Assembly (NCBI GenBank): GCA_050633105.1 | Contig: JBOEFW010000016.1 | Location: 160,195-224,194, forward strand | Direction: 5' to 3' | From: Aureispira sp. | Lineage (GTDB): Bacteria; Bacteroidota; Bacteroidia; Chitinophagales; Saprospiraceae | Length of the DNA: 64,000 bases | Part shown: piece by piece, positions 8,710-18,185 of the stretch | How the letters are laid out: the number at the start of each line of letters is the position of its first letter | Numbering within the stretch: the first letter of the stretch is position 1 | Program-made: the position numbers and the translations under genes | Notes under the pieces: model-generated | What the model saw: the letters and a program-made list of their open reading frames with translations, nothing else | What the model was told of the DNA's origin: nothing | Databases searched by the model: none

Positions 8710-10356
8710 ATGTACGACATACTTCAATTAAATCAGATGCTTGTTCCAGAGCTTAGAGAAATAGCTGAAAAGCTAGAGATGAAAGGCTACAAGAGACTCA
8801 CCAAAAAAGAACTGATTTACAAGATATTGGACTTTCAAGCAGTTAAAGGCGATGTAGACACCAAAGCTACCACCAATAAGGCTTCCAATAAAACTAAAAA
8901 AGATACCCAGTCGACTCCTGCCACCGAAAAAGTAGCCGTTTTAGAAAAAGAGGAGAAGAAAGAAAAAGAGGAAAAAAAGGAGAAAGAGAAAGAACCTGTA
9001 GAAGAAAAACCTAAACGTCGTTGGACTAAGAAAGACCAAGCTGACGGAGAAACAGAGCCACGTACTAATCGTCGTCGTGAAAACAACGCTTCTAAACAAG
9101 AAGACAAAAAAGACACCACGACTAGAACGCCTAGAAAACGCGAACAAAACAGCTCTAATTCTAACAAGGAAACAAACAAACGCTCTCGTAATACTTCTCA
9201 AAAAGAAACATCTAAACCAAAATTCAACATTGATTTGGATGGTGTAGTTGCTGGAGAAGGCGTATTAGAAATGATGGCCGAAGGCTATGGCTTTTTGCGC
9301 TCCTCTGATTACAATTACCTTACCTCTCCTGATGACATCTACGTTTCCCCTTCTCAAATCAAGTTATTTGGCCTAAAGACTGGAGATTCTATCGAAGGAG
9401 CTATTCGTCCTCCAAAAGAGGGAGAAAAGTACTTCGCTTTACTCAAAGTAGAAAAAATCAACGGATGGAGTCCTGATGAGATCCGTGACCGTGTTCACTT
9501 TGACCACTTGACACCTTTATTCCCAGAAGAAAAATTGAACATCGTACAAAAGAGCAAGCCGAAGTTATACTCTACACGTATCATGGACTTGTTTACTCCT
9601 ATTGGTAAAGGTCAACGGGGTTTGATTGTGTCTCAACCAAAAACAGGTAAGACTTTCTTATTAAAAGATGTCGCTAATTCTATTGAAGAGAATCATCCTG
9701 AGTGTTACTTAATTATCTTATTAATTGATGAGCGCCCAGAGGAGGTAACTGATATGCAACGCAGTGTACGCGCTGAAGTCATTGGTTCTACTTTTGATGA
9801 TCATCCAGAAAACCACGTTCGTGTTGCCAACATCGTTTTGGAAAAAGCCAAGCGTATGGTAGAATGTGGCCATGATGTTGTGATCTTATTGGATTCTATC
9901 ACACGTTTAGCACGTGCTCACAACTCTGTTTCGCCTTCTAGTGGTAAAGTATTATCAGGTGGTGTGGAGGCAAGTGCCTTGCTTAAGCCTAAGAAATTCT
10001 TTGGTGCGGCACGTAACATTGAAGATGGTGGTTCTTTAACTATTTTAGCAACGGCTTTAATTGATACGGGTTCTAAAATGGATGAAGTTATCTTTGAAGA
10101 ATTCAAAGGTACTGGTAATTTAGAATTACAATTGGATCGTAAATTGGCGAACCGTCGTGTTTATCCAGCTATTGACTTGACCAAATCTAGCACACGTCGC
10201 GATGATTTATTACACCATGATGATGTCGTGAATAAGATGATTATTCTACGTCGTTACTTGGCGGACATGAAAACAGAAGAAGCGATGGACTTCTTACTCC
10301 AACGTATCCGAGGTACAAGCAGCAATGATGAGTTCTTACACTCTATGACTAAATAA
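8710..10356 (+). CDS. rho: transcription termination factor Rho with long charged N-terminal insertion
   Basis: Rho N-terminal helix bundle ([18 protein letters not shown]), CSD-like domain ([17 protein letters not shown]), Walker A (SQPKTGKT) and RVYPAIDL. An insertion of about 135 aa rich in K/E/R/N/S/T spans aa 46-180. Confidence 0.95.
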   Translation: MYDILQLNQMLVPELREIAEKLEMKGYKRLTKKELIYKILDFQAVKGDVDTKATTNKASNKTKKDTQSTPATEKVAVLEKEEKKEKEEKKEKEKEPVEEKPKRRWTKKDQADGETEPRTNRRRENNASKQEDKKDTTTRTPRKREQNSSNSNKETNKRSRNTSQKETSKPKFNIDLDGVVAGEGVLEMMAEGYGFLRSSDYNYLTSPDDIYVSPSQIKLFGLKTGDSIEGAIRPPKEGEKYFALLKVEKINGWSPDEIRDRVHFDHLTPLFPEEKLNIVQKSKPKLYSTRIMDLFTPIGKGQRGLIVSQPKTGKTFLLKDVANSIEENHPECYLIILLIDERPEEVTDMQRSVRAEVIGSTFDDHPENHVRVANIVLEKAKRMVECGHDVVILLDSITRLARAHNSVSPSSGKVLSGGVEASALLKPKKFFGAARNIEDGGSLTILATALIDTGSKMDEVIFEEFKGTGNLELQLDRKLANRRVYPAIDLTKSSTRRDDLLHHDDVVNKMIILRRYLADMKTEEAMDFLLQRIRGTSSNDEFLHSMTK

Positions 10357-10396
10357 ACCTTGCTTGGTAAGGTTTTTAAGATAGATTTATTTCCCT

Positions 10397-10438
10397 CCCT
10401 TTTTGCTTTGTTTAAAAAAGCAAAAAGGGATTTTTTTG
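10397..10438 (+). terminator. Rho-independent terminator after rho
   Basis: 10-bp stem ccctttttgc / gcaaaaaggg followed by a T7 run. A weaker hairpin plus T-run sits at 10355-10377 (acctt / aaggt). Confidence 0.7.
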
Positions 10439-10528
10439 TCATGGAGGGAAGATATCTTGCTTTTGTTATTGTTGTGGAATTATCGTATTTTGTTGTCATC
10501 TGTTTTTAACTTCTAATTCACTGATACC

Positions 10529-10981
10529 ATGACTGTCATTGCACTGTGCAAAGTTTTAATGTTGGGCTGTGGAGGAGCACTGGGTTACTATTTTGTAATT
10601 TCTTATGTCTTCCATTATTTTCCTATGCCCATCTTTCTAAAAGCAGATGCATTGCTAAAAGGCTGGCACTTAAAACGCCTAGCAGAAAACAAAAATGCTT
10701 CTGATTTTCTATGGCGCATGGGCAAAGGTTTCTTAAACACCTTGCTCTTGGGCGCTTGGTGGCTTGTTTTTGCAGGCTTCGCCTATATTCTCTACTCCGT
10801 TTTACACTACTATTTTCCAGAAGTTGGCTCCTTATTTTGGCCTTACTATGGCCTCGCTATTGCGTTGCCTGCCATTTGGGTATTGGTACGGTTTATTGCT
10901 TTCTTCAAAAAGAAGCCTGTAGAAGAAATTAAAATTGCATTGGACACTCGTCCATTGATTGAGCAAGTTGCAAAGGGCTAA
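10529..10981 (+). CDS. hypothetical integral membrane protein
   Basis: Four predicted hydrophobic helices. No recognisable family. Confidence 0.5.
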   Translation: MTVIALCKVLMLGCGGALGYYFVISYVFHYFPMPIFLKADALLKGWHLKRLAENKNASDFLWRMGKGFLNTLLLGAWWLVFAGFAYILYSVLHYYFPEVGSLFWPYYGLAIALPAIWVLVRFIAFFKKKPVEEIKIALDTRPLIEQVAKG

Positions 10982-11645
10982 GGATAGACAACACTTTCTA
11001 TTACTCAAGAAACTTTTCTCTCGTGTCACTTAAAAATAGTTGATGCACCTCTTTATAGAAGTCTTGCACTTAACCATCTGTTCAACAACACATGACAGCT
11101 ATTATAAAGCTCAAAGCGGAGATAAACAAGCTGTCTCTACATTGAGTAGATGGGCTGTTATTTGGAGCCAATACTATTTTAAACACCTTAAATTCCTCTG
11201 ATTGGGAAACCTTAACTACGGATCTACTCCAATGGAATGATATAGAATTACAAATTCTTGCAGAAGCTATTATGGAGGATGACTTTCTCTCTTATGTCGT
11301 AGAGAAATGTCAGATTTTTGGTATCCTATTTATATTAATAGAAGATTCAGCGGCTAGCTTTTTATTTAATAGTCATATAGATGAGTTTTTCGGTCAAATT
11401 GATCGTCAATCTAAGGCCCCTCTTTTAAGCTTGTTAGAAAACATGAGTATTAAGGTTGATGGCTTGTACAAAGCAATTTTTTTATCCAAAGAGGAATACC
11501 TATATTTTGAAAGGAAGTCAAAAGAGGCCTAAGTTACTATATAGTGCTGTACTAACAAGCGCTACAAAATCATATCTTATTCTTCTATCCAGCCATCCTG
11601 CCTAATGTTATAAGCAATTGGATTGCATTACCTCCTAACGCCATT

Positions 11646-11960
11646 GTGGTTCCTATTGCTTCCTTTGGACCTGTTAAAACAGATTCCCCAGATTCTAAAA
11701 TGGTGTATTGTTGGCTTATTGATAAAAAGGACACCTTAAATAACCTCCTCATCAAAGAAGGTTGTTTTCCTAGTGGAACAATGATGCTACAAAAGATTTT
11801 GGAAGAAAAATATCCATGGGAAAAAGAATTGGATGACGGTTCTAATGAAAAATCAGCCGTTCAAGTACTAATAGATCAAAAAATTTATGCCCGCTTTATA
11901 GAACAAATAACAGCCGCTGAACTTTTTGCTAGAAAAGAAAAACGAGGGATTTGGAAGTAA
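11646..11960 (+). pseudogene. C-terminal remnant of a staphylococcal-nuclease (SNase/thermonuclease)-like gene (tentative)
   Basis: The ending AAELFARKEKRGIWK and the preceding LNNLLIKEGCF resemble the SNase C-terminal half (EAQAKKEKLNIWS, VNEALVRQGLA). The N-terminal catalytic half is absent and the ORF has a non-ATG start. Confidence 0.3.
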
Positions 11961-12427
11961 GAAACAGAAGTTCAGAAAAAATAACAAAAACAGAAATCTG
12001 GAAAAAGGGCAATTATATAAATTCTGTTTAAATTCTGTTGACCAACTACTATCAACGGAATGAAGCAGTAGGATATGGAGCAAGTTCCTTCTTAGTTCGA
12101 GGCAAAAGGGATACACTCTTCTGCACAGCAAAACATTTGCTAGGAGAAGCTATGGAGATTCAGCCAATAGTTACAACAGATACGTTTCATTCCTCTTTTA
12201 TTTACTGGAAGGCTTTACCTTTTAATTGCCATAGGTCAAACGGTCTCTCTAAAATTTGCTACCATTACAAAAGTCAATAATTATTGGAAATAAAGCAACA
12301 CATAGGCTACATCAATATAGCTGGTAGTTCGTTTAATTTTTCCAAACAAAATGCACGATCAACTATGTCCTATCAGCCAATATTAATGCCCCCCTCTAAG
12401 CGCAGTACTCACGACCGTAAGGAGCGA

Positions 12428-13246
12428 ATGATAAAAGGTCCCTTTTTTCTCCTAATCCTTTTTTTAATGGTTGGATGTACCGAACAACCTGCAACGGTAA
12501 GTCCAGAATCAACTCCCCGTTTAGAACCAATAATTACTACTCCTGAAAAAGAAAAGGACAGCATTGTTGAAAAAGAGGAACTAAAGGAACCTCTTATTCG
12601 CCATTTAGAAGAATTGAGCCTTGTAGAACCCTCAAAAAGTTATACTTCGGTCAAAAGAGCCATTGAAAGAGAAAGAGGGCAGTTAATTTCTAAAGAATTG
12701 GAAATGGATGTGCTATCCATGCTCTTTAAAACAGCCTTGCTAAATAAAATAATTCCCTTTTGGGAGGGAACAGAGTGGTCCTTTGAAGGCCATACCTCAA
12801 AACCAAAATCTGGCACCATCGCATGTGGTTACTTTGTCTCGACCACCTTACAGCACATCGGATTAAATATAAATCGATATAAATTAGCGCAACAAAGCCC
12901 CATCAATGAAGCCACAAGCTTAGCAGTAAATATCAATGTAAAAGAATTTTCTGCTCCTTCCAATACTCAAAATATCGCTGCCATCCATGCCTATCTAAAA
13001 GAAGGCATCCATTTCATAGGATTTGACCAAAGTCACGTTGGTTTTATTCTAAAGGAGAAGGGGCATTTGTATTTAATCCATTCCAATTATAGCGATGGTG
13101 TAGGAGTAGGAATTGAGCCCATAGAACAATCCGTTGTCTTTGATTCTTACAACAGGTTTTACATCACAGAACTAAGCACGAATGTTAGTTTAGTGAGCCA
13201 TTGGATAGAGGGAAAAGCAATACCAATCATAAAAGTAGAAAATTAG
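12428..13246 (+). CDS. hypothetical lipoprotein, possible papain-like (NlpC/P60-type) Cys-His fold
   Basis: Lipobox MIKGPFFLLILFLMVGC at the ATG at 12428. Candidate Cys (GTIACGYFVS) and His (QSHVGFILKEKGHLYLIHSNY) are spaced as in NlpC/P60-like enzymes. The fold call is weak. Confidence 0.5.
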   Translation: MIKGPFFLLILFLMVGCTEQPATVSPESTPRLEPIITTPEKEKDSIVEKEELKEPLIRHLEELSLVEPSKSYTSVKRAIERERGQLISKELEMDVLSMLFKTALLNKIIPFWEGTEWSFEGHTSKPKSGTIACGYFVSTTLQHIGLNINRYKLAQQSPINEATSLAVNINVKEFSAPSNTQNIAAIHAYLKEGIHFIGFDQSHVGFILKEKGHLYLIHSNYSDGVGVGIEPIEQSVVFDSYNRFYITELSTNVSLVSHWIEGKAIPIIKVEN

Positions 13247-13323
13247 TCGCCTAATAAAAGGGGGCTATCCCTATTAGAGAAAGACAGCAGGAAGTAATAC
13301 AAATGCACGTTATCTACCACTGA

Positions 13324-13587
13324 TTGAATTTGAAAGGAATCCGTTGGCTACCTAAAAAGCGGGCTATTCCCTGTCGAAATTTCTTAAATGATGGAACAAA
13401 AAGACCAATGGTTTTCTTATGGATACCAGCGATATCCACCTATTTTGATGACCCAGATGGTCATTCTCTAGAGTTTGTCAGAATTTTAGATGGCTCCTCT
13501 AAACCAGAAAACCGAATCATTTCTTATGAAAAATGGAAAGCGTTAGAAAACAAACATAAAAGCCACGTACCAATGAATTTCTGGTAA
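13324..13587 (+). pseudogene. C-terminal fragment of a VOC/glyoxalase-family gene (tentative)
   Basis: YFDDPDGHSLEF is the typical last beta-alpha unit of VOC proteins. Only about 85 codons remain, the start is non-ATG, and no N-terminal half lies upstream. Confidence 0.35.
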
Positions 13588-13763
13588 AAGCCCATTTACT
13601 AAAGTCTTCCTAGCTTTTTTCTACTATCATTTATTTCCTGCTTTTTATGCTTATATTTGTACTACAGATACTACAAAATAGTGTAAAGTAATAGACATTC
13701 ATTACACTCCTTGCCCAACACCCAAACTAACCATTATTCATCTCCTTCTGTGATCTCCTGCTC

Positions 13764-14243
13764 ATGCGCACCTTTCTTTTCTGTTTCCTAAGTTTATTCC
13801 TTTTTTTAGTAGGCTGTAAATCTAGCTCTACGTCTACGATAGCAGGCGCCAATTCGTCCGCCAAATCCTTATTAGAAGCAGTCCATTTAGAAATAGAAAA
13901 AATGGCAGAATTCACCTTGAAGACCAATATTGAGCGGCGTCGAACTTCTATTCCTATTAATGACCAACAGGCAGCTTTCTTAGAAACACATACTCGTTTT
14001 AAGAACATTGTTTCACAAAATCAAAAAGAATTCACGAACTGGCTCCAACAACAGAAAACACTTTCTAAAAAAGAACAACAAGAAACAATTGTCTGCTTGC
14101 AACAAGCACCTCCATTACCTACCAATTGTTCACAAAATAACCTCTTAATAAGGTTAAATGAAGTTGTTCTTCCTAAGGTCATCCACGACGTTAGTAACTA
14201 TAGTGTACAGTTTCTTGGTCGAGTGAACAAATCCTTAGAATAG
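13764..14243 (+). CDS. hypothetical lipoprotein, short member of the local paralog family
   Basis: Lipobox LFLFLVGCKS. It shares the KKEQQ-x-C...C segment with the N-terminal halves of the next two genes. Confidence 0.55.
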   Translation: MRTFLFCFLSLFLFLVGCKSSSTSTIAGANSSAKSLLEAVHLEIEKMAEFTLKTNIERRRTSIPINDQQAAFLETHTRFKNIVSQNQKEFTNWLQQQKTLSKKEQQETIVCLQQAPPLPTNCSQNNLLIRLNEVVLPKVIHDVSNYSVQFLGRVNKSLE

Positions 14244-14360
14244 ATTATTCTTCTTGCACACAACAGGTTCTAAACATCCATTAATTTTCAATAAACTTGA
14301 GAACAAGTCAGCTTCTTTAATAAAAACTCTAATTCCCACCTAAACATCCAAGAAGATCTT

Positions 14361-15152
14361 ATGAAACAATTCCTATTTTTACCTTTTCTACTAGCTTTAC
14401 TTTGCGTCAACAGTTGCCAAACTACGCGTCTCTCTTCTAAAAAATTAGAACAAGTCGTACAAGATCGCGTCGCCCTTGTTTTTGATCGCTATGTCCAAGA
14501 ACTGGTCGAAGAACGCGCTTTTGCTCTAGCAGAAAATGCAGATTTAGACAGCAATCAAGTCGCTCAATTATTAGACCTATCTCAATGGGAACATTTAATT
14601 CAAGCAAGGCGTGACAGTGTCAAGAATTTCGCTAATCAACAACTTCCTTCTAGGCAAGAAAAAGAACAATTCTGTGCATGTATTGATCAGAAGTCCAAAG
14701 CCTCTTCTTGCCAAGATCTCCTTGTCCCTATTGCCAATAAAACAGGTACACAAATAGACCAACTAGTAAGCCCTTTCGAATTTGCATTTACCAAAAAAGC
14801 TCTAGATAATAACTGGGTGCCCAGCAATACTACTCGCAAAAATTGTGCAAGCCTCCATACAGGGCTTTTTTATTACCATACACCGTTTCAGAAGATGCGG
14901 GTAGAAGTTGATCGTTATGAAAGTGGACAAACCGAAGTATTAAGAACGAAGAAAAGCACCTACAAAATTGTTTGGGACCAATACAATAAGTACCGAATCA
15001 TTCAATTGAATACCAGCCAAGAATTTGAGGCTGCTTTTGAAATACTACAAGTCCACCCTACTTATTATATTTTTAAATGTCCCATTCCATACGATGCAGA
15101 AAACCCTGATTATGTTATTGGCAGATTGTATCGGGCGGAGAAGAAGTCATAA
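14361..15152 (+). CDS. hypothetical lipoprotein, tandem paralog A (263 aa)
   Basis: Lipobox LLCVNSCQ. It has four conserved Cys, PTYYIFK and a C-terminal RAEKKS, and can be aligned end to end with the next gene. Confidence 0.7.
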   Translation: MKQFLFLPFLLALLCVNSCQTTRLSSKKLEQVVQDRVALVFDRYVQELVEERAFALAENADLDSNQVAQLLDLSQWEHLIQARRDSVKNFANQQLPSRQEKEQFCACIDQKSKASSCQDLLVPIANKTGTQIDQLVSPFEFAFTKKALDNNWVPSNTTRKNCASLHTGLFYYHTPFQKMRVEVDRYESGQTEVLRTKKSTYKIVWDQYNKYRIIQLNTSQEFEAAFEILQVHPTYYIFKCPIPYDAENPDYVIGRLYRAEKKS

Positions 15153-15205
15153 GCAATTCATTTCTACTTTTTCTAAAAAAATCTATACTTCTAAAAATCA
15201 TCGAT

Positions 15206-15997
15206 TTGTGCCTGAAATACATCCTCAGCTTATTGACTCTTATATTTTTAAGCAACTGCCAAAGCACTCAATTATCTAATAAAAGAATACAGAAAACAAT
15301 CCATAAGCAAGTAACGATTTTTTTTAATCAATACGCTAAAGATGCTATTCATAATCGAGCACTGCGGCTTAGTCAAGATATAGGCTTAGATAGTTTGCAA
15401 TATGTAGAATTAGTAGAATGGTCTCAATGGGAGACCACGATAATACAACCTAGAAGAGATAGTGTATTAACATTTTCTACCAGTACTTTTTTTTCTAAAG
15501 AAGAAAAAGAGGGAATTTGTGCTTGTATAGAGCATCAAAATGCTACGCCCAGTTGTAAAAAATTGATGCGCCCTATTACAGAAAAAATACACCAAGAAGC
15601 AGATAAATTATTAGCATCCTTAGCAGTAGCTATGGTTACCAAAACACTGAATGAAAAATGGATTTCCAAAAATGCTACTCCTAAAAATTGTGCTCCTTTA
15701 CGTTCAGGAATATTTTATTACTTAACTCCAGTTCATAAAGACCGAGTAGAGGTAGAACGATACAAAGATGGTCAAGTAGAAACTTTAAGTTCTCAAGTTA
15801 GTCGTTATCAGATTATTTGGGAAGATTATGATCACTATCAACTAATAGGTTTAGAACAAGAAAAAGGATTTAAAGTCGATGTTGAAATATTTCATGTCCA
15901 ACCTACTTATTATATTTTTAAGCTCAAATTGCCTTCAACGACTGATGAGGCCAATTATATTTTAGGACGTATTAATCGGGCGGAGAAGAAGTCATAA
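15206..15997 (+). CDS. hypothetical lipoprotein, tandem paralog B (263 aa)
   Basis: Lipobox IFLSNCQ, the same length as paralog A and the same conserved Cys, PTYYIFK and RAEKKS features. The start is TTG because no in-frame ATG is nearby. Confidence 0.65.
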   Translation: MCLKYILSLLTLIFLSNCQSTQLSNKRIQKTIHKQVTIFFNQYAKDAIHNRALRLSQDIGLDSLQYVELVEWSQWETTIIQPRRDSVLTFSTSTFFSKEEKEGICACIEHQNATPSCKKLMRPITEKIHQEADKLLASLAVAMVTKTLNEKWISKNATPKNCAPLRSGIFYYLTPVHKDRVEVERYKDGQVETLSSQVSRYQIIWEDYDHYQLIGLEQEKGFKVDVEIFHVQPTYYIFKLKLPSTTDEANYILGRINRAEKKS

Positions 15998-16079
15998 TTT
16001 TTTAGTGTTATAGGGAACAAGTTGTATCCAAAAAACTGTTAGTAGGATGAATTTTATTTCATTTATTCTTAACAAAATC

Positions 16080-16424
16080 ATGAAAAATACCACTTGGCTT
16101 TACCGACCTGTTAATCAAGCAGAGTTGGATTTGATAGCGGCAAAAGATTGGAAGGGTTTTCCCCCTCGTTTATCGGAGCAACCTATTTTTTATCCTGTCA
16201 TGAATGAAGGCTATGCCGCAGAGATTTGCAAAAAATGGAATGTGCCTGCTTATGGTGTGGGTTATGTGACGCGTTTTGCGGTCAATAGTGCGTATTTAAA
16301 GCGTTTTCGAGTAGAAAATGTAGGTGCTGCGCGTCATAATGAGTTGTGGGTTCCTGCGGAAGAGTTGGAGGCGTTTAATGCGCAGATTGTAGGGAAAATT
16401 GAGGTGACGCAGACGTTTAAATAA
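16080..16424 (+). CDS. conserved hypothetical protein (about 114 aa)
   Basis: Well-behaved ORF (MKNTTWLYRPVNQAELDLI...PPRLSEQPIFYPV...GYVTRF...WVPAEELEAFN) with ordinary, non-repetitive composition. I cannot name a family. The ATG at 16080 is preferred over 16047. Confidence 0.55.
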   Translation: MKNTTWLYRPVNQAELDLIAAKDWKGFPPRLSEQPIFYPVMNEGYAAEICKKWNVPAYGVGYVTRFAVNSAYLKRFRVENVGAARHNELWVPAEELEAFNAQIVGKIEVTQTFK

Positions 16425-16560
16425 TAAATTTTCTGGCTTTTAAGCCTTGTAATATAGAGGAGTGCTCTTAGCGGAGGGCTCCTTTTTCTTTTTAAGAAGC
16501 CAATGCATGAGTCAATTTTTTATTGTAAAAATTGTACCTTAATACTTTCTTGTAAATTCA

Positions 16561-18117
16561 ATGAACCAAGCCTCCATGTATAAGATTGAATACCTTGTTA
16601 TTGCTGATAAGACGACGACTAAAAGTGTCCAAGCACTGGAAAATCTACTAAAATCAGATGATGATATACAGTTGCAAGATGGCTGTCTTGAAGTCGGCAA
16701 CTTCAAAGGTAAATATACGATTTCTAAAGGGGAGGTAGCGGCTAGTGATAATAAGGGCCTTTATTTCCATTTATCCTTTGAGTGTGAGGAAGAAGAAGAA
16801 ATACCTGCTTTTGGAAAAGCCTTGCGCCGTGTACGTGGGCGCTTAAGTTTTCTCAATCAAAAACAATTTGTGATTTGGGATGATGTCTCTCGTCATTACA
16901 GCCATAAAGCCTACAGCCAAATCAATTATATTGAGAATTTGATGAGAAAGCTCTTAACTAAATTTATGCTGGTTAATTTAGGCATGAATTGGGACAAGCA
17001 GCGTATGCCGAATGATGTCTTTACTTCTATTCATAAGGACAATAAAGACTTTAATCATCTTAATAATCTTGATTTTATTAAGCTTAGTGACTTTCTATTT
17101 AGTAAGAATTACCCAAAGCATAAGGAGGATGTATTTAAGAAATTAGATGCCGCCAAAAGTAGTGCAGATATTGACCTAGACGAAATTCGCTCGCTGTTGC
17201 CGCGCAGTAACTGGACGAAGTATTTTGGTTCAATCATTGATTGTGATGGGGATTTTATCGAAAAACGCTGGGAACAGTTATATCAACTCAGAAATGCGGT
17301 TGCTCATAATAAAACCTTTGGTTTAAAGCAGCTAGAGGAAGTAGAGAACTTAGTCGGAGAAATTGGGGAATATTTAGAGGTGGCTGTTGCCAAATTAGAC
17401 GAGGTGGTTGTTCCAAAAGAACAAATTGAAGATGTTGTACAAGAAGTTGTTACAGAAGGGAGAGAAGAGTTAGCGGAGTTCTTGAATGGAATGGAGGAAT
17501 TGGAGCATGTTCTTCGAAAGTTTTATCAGCTCCATTTTAATCAATACAATCGCCAAGACCTGTCTATATACAATACGATAGATGAAATAATATCCTTAGA
17601 TGATAAATACATATTCAATCATGAGGATCATTTCAACCTTATATTTCATTTATTTGATTTAAAAGACAACATTAAAATTAAGAAAAAGTATGTTCTTCAA
17701 GAATTCGACTTTCTCAATTTTCACATCAACAATTTTATTGAAATATTAAACAAACGTATCCCTTATGAAGAAGGGGATCACCTTACTCCCATAAAGAGTA
17801 ATCGGGTAAAACAACTCTACCAAACCATAAAAGATAGTCTACTCAATGTTGGTTTAATTCTCAAAATCAACAAACATTACATTTCTTTCCTTAAAGAAGA
17901 ATCCAACATAATAGACATTAAACTCCAACAAAGAGGCTTAAAAATCTGGCTGAACGCTCCAAAAGGAAGCTTAAGTGATCCTAACAAAATCACTAGAGAT
18001 GTATCTCACGTCGGACACTTAGGCAATGGAGATTATGAAGTTATTCTAACCAAAGAAGAACAACTCCAAAAACTAATGCTTCTTGTTCAACAAGTCTTAG
18101 ACAAGGCTCCCCAATAA
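16561..18117 (+). CDS. multidomain HEPN-domain protein (Swt1-like HEPN, predicted RNase) with unknown N- and C-terminal modules
   Basis: The Rx4H motif RNAVAH (aa 244-249, nt 17290-17307) closes a helical domain that opens with YIENLMRKLLTKFMLVNLGMNW. Other parts are an unknown N-terminal module of about 110 aa, acidic linkers (ECEEEEE, EDVVQEVVTEGREELAE), and a C-terminal module of about 110 aa (HYISFLKEE...IWLNAPKGSLSDP...VSHVGHLGNGDYEV). The gene is visibly more AT-rich than its neighbours. Confidence 0.75.
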   Translation: MNQASMYKIEYLVIADKTTTKSVQALENLLKSDDDIQLQDGCLEVGNFKGKYTISKGEVAASDNKGLYFHLSFECEEEEEIPAFGKALRRVRGRLSFLNQKQFVIWDDVSRHYSHKAYSQINYIENLMRKLLTKFMLVNLGMNWDKQRMPNDVFTSIHKDNKDFNHLNNLDFIKLSDFLFSKNYPKHKEDVFKKLDAAKSSADIDLDEIRSLLPRSNWTKYFGSIIDCDGDFIEKRWEQLYQLRNAVAHNKTFGLKQLEEVENLVGEIGEYLEVAVAKLDEVVVPKEQIEDVVQEVVTEGREELAEFLNGMEELEHVLRKFYQLHFNQYNRQDLSIYNTIDEIISLDDKYIFNHEDHFNLIFHLFDLKDNIKIKKKYVLQEFDFLNFHINNFIEILNKRIPYEEGDHLTPIKSNRVKQLYQTIKDSLLNVGLILKINKHYISFLKEESNIIDIKLQQRGLKIWLNAPKGSLSDPNKITRDVSHVGHLGNGDYEVILTKEEQLQKLMLLVQQVLDKAPQ

Positions 18118-18120
18118 AAA

Positions 18121-18147
18121 AGCGCCCCGAAAATATTCGGAACGCTT
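18121..18147. terminator. hairpin between the convergent HEPN and ykuK-like genes
   Basis: agcgccccgaa / ttcggaacgct with a 2-nt internal mismatch and an A-run upstream. It lies in the 68-bp gap between two gene ends. Confidence 0.45.
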
Positions 18148-18185
18148 CATTATAGTGTCAGTAAGTTTTTAATAGAAAAGGAGTT

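Noticed and set aside
8835-9201. Two minus-strand ORFs (114 and 86 aa) overlapping the 5' part of rho.
   Set aside because: They are artefacts of the purine-rich, stop-free repeat encoding the Rho K/E insertion. Their translations are S/F/L low-complexity strings.
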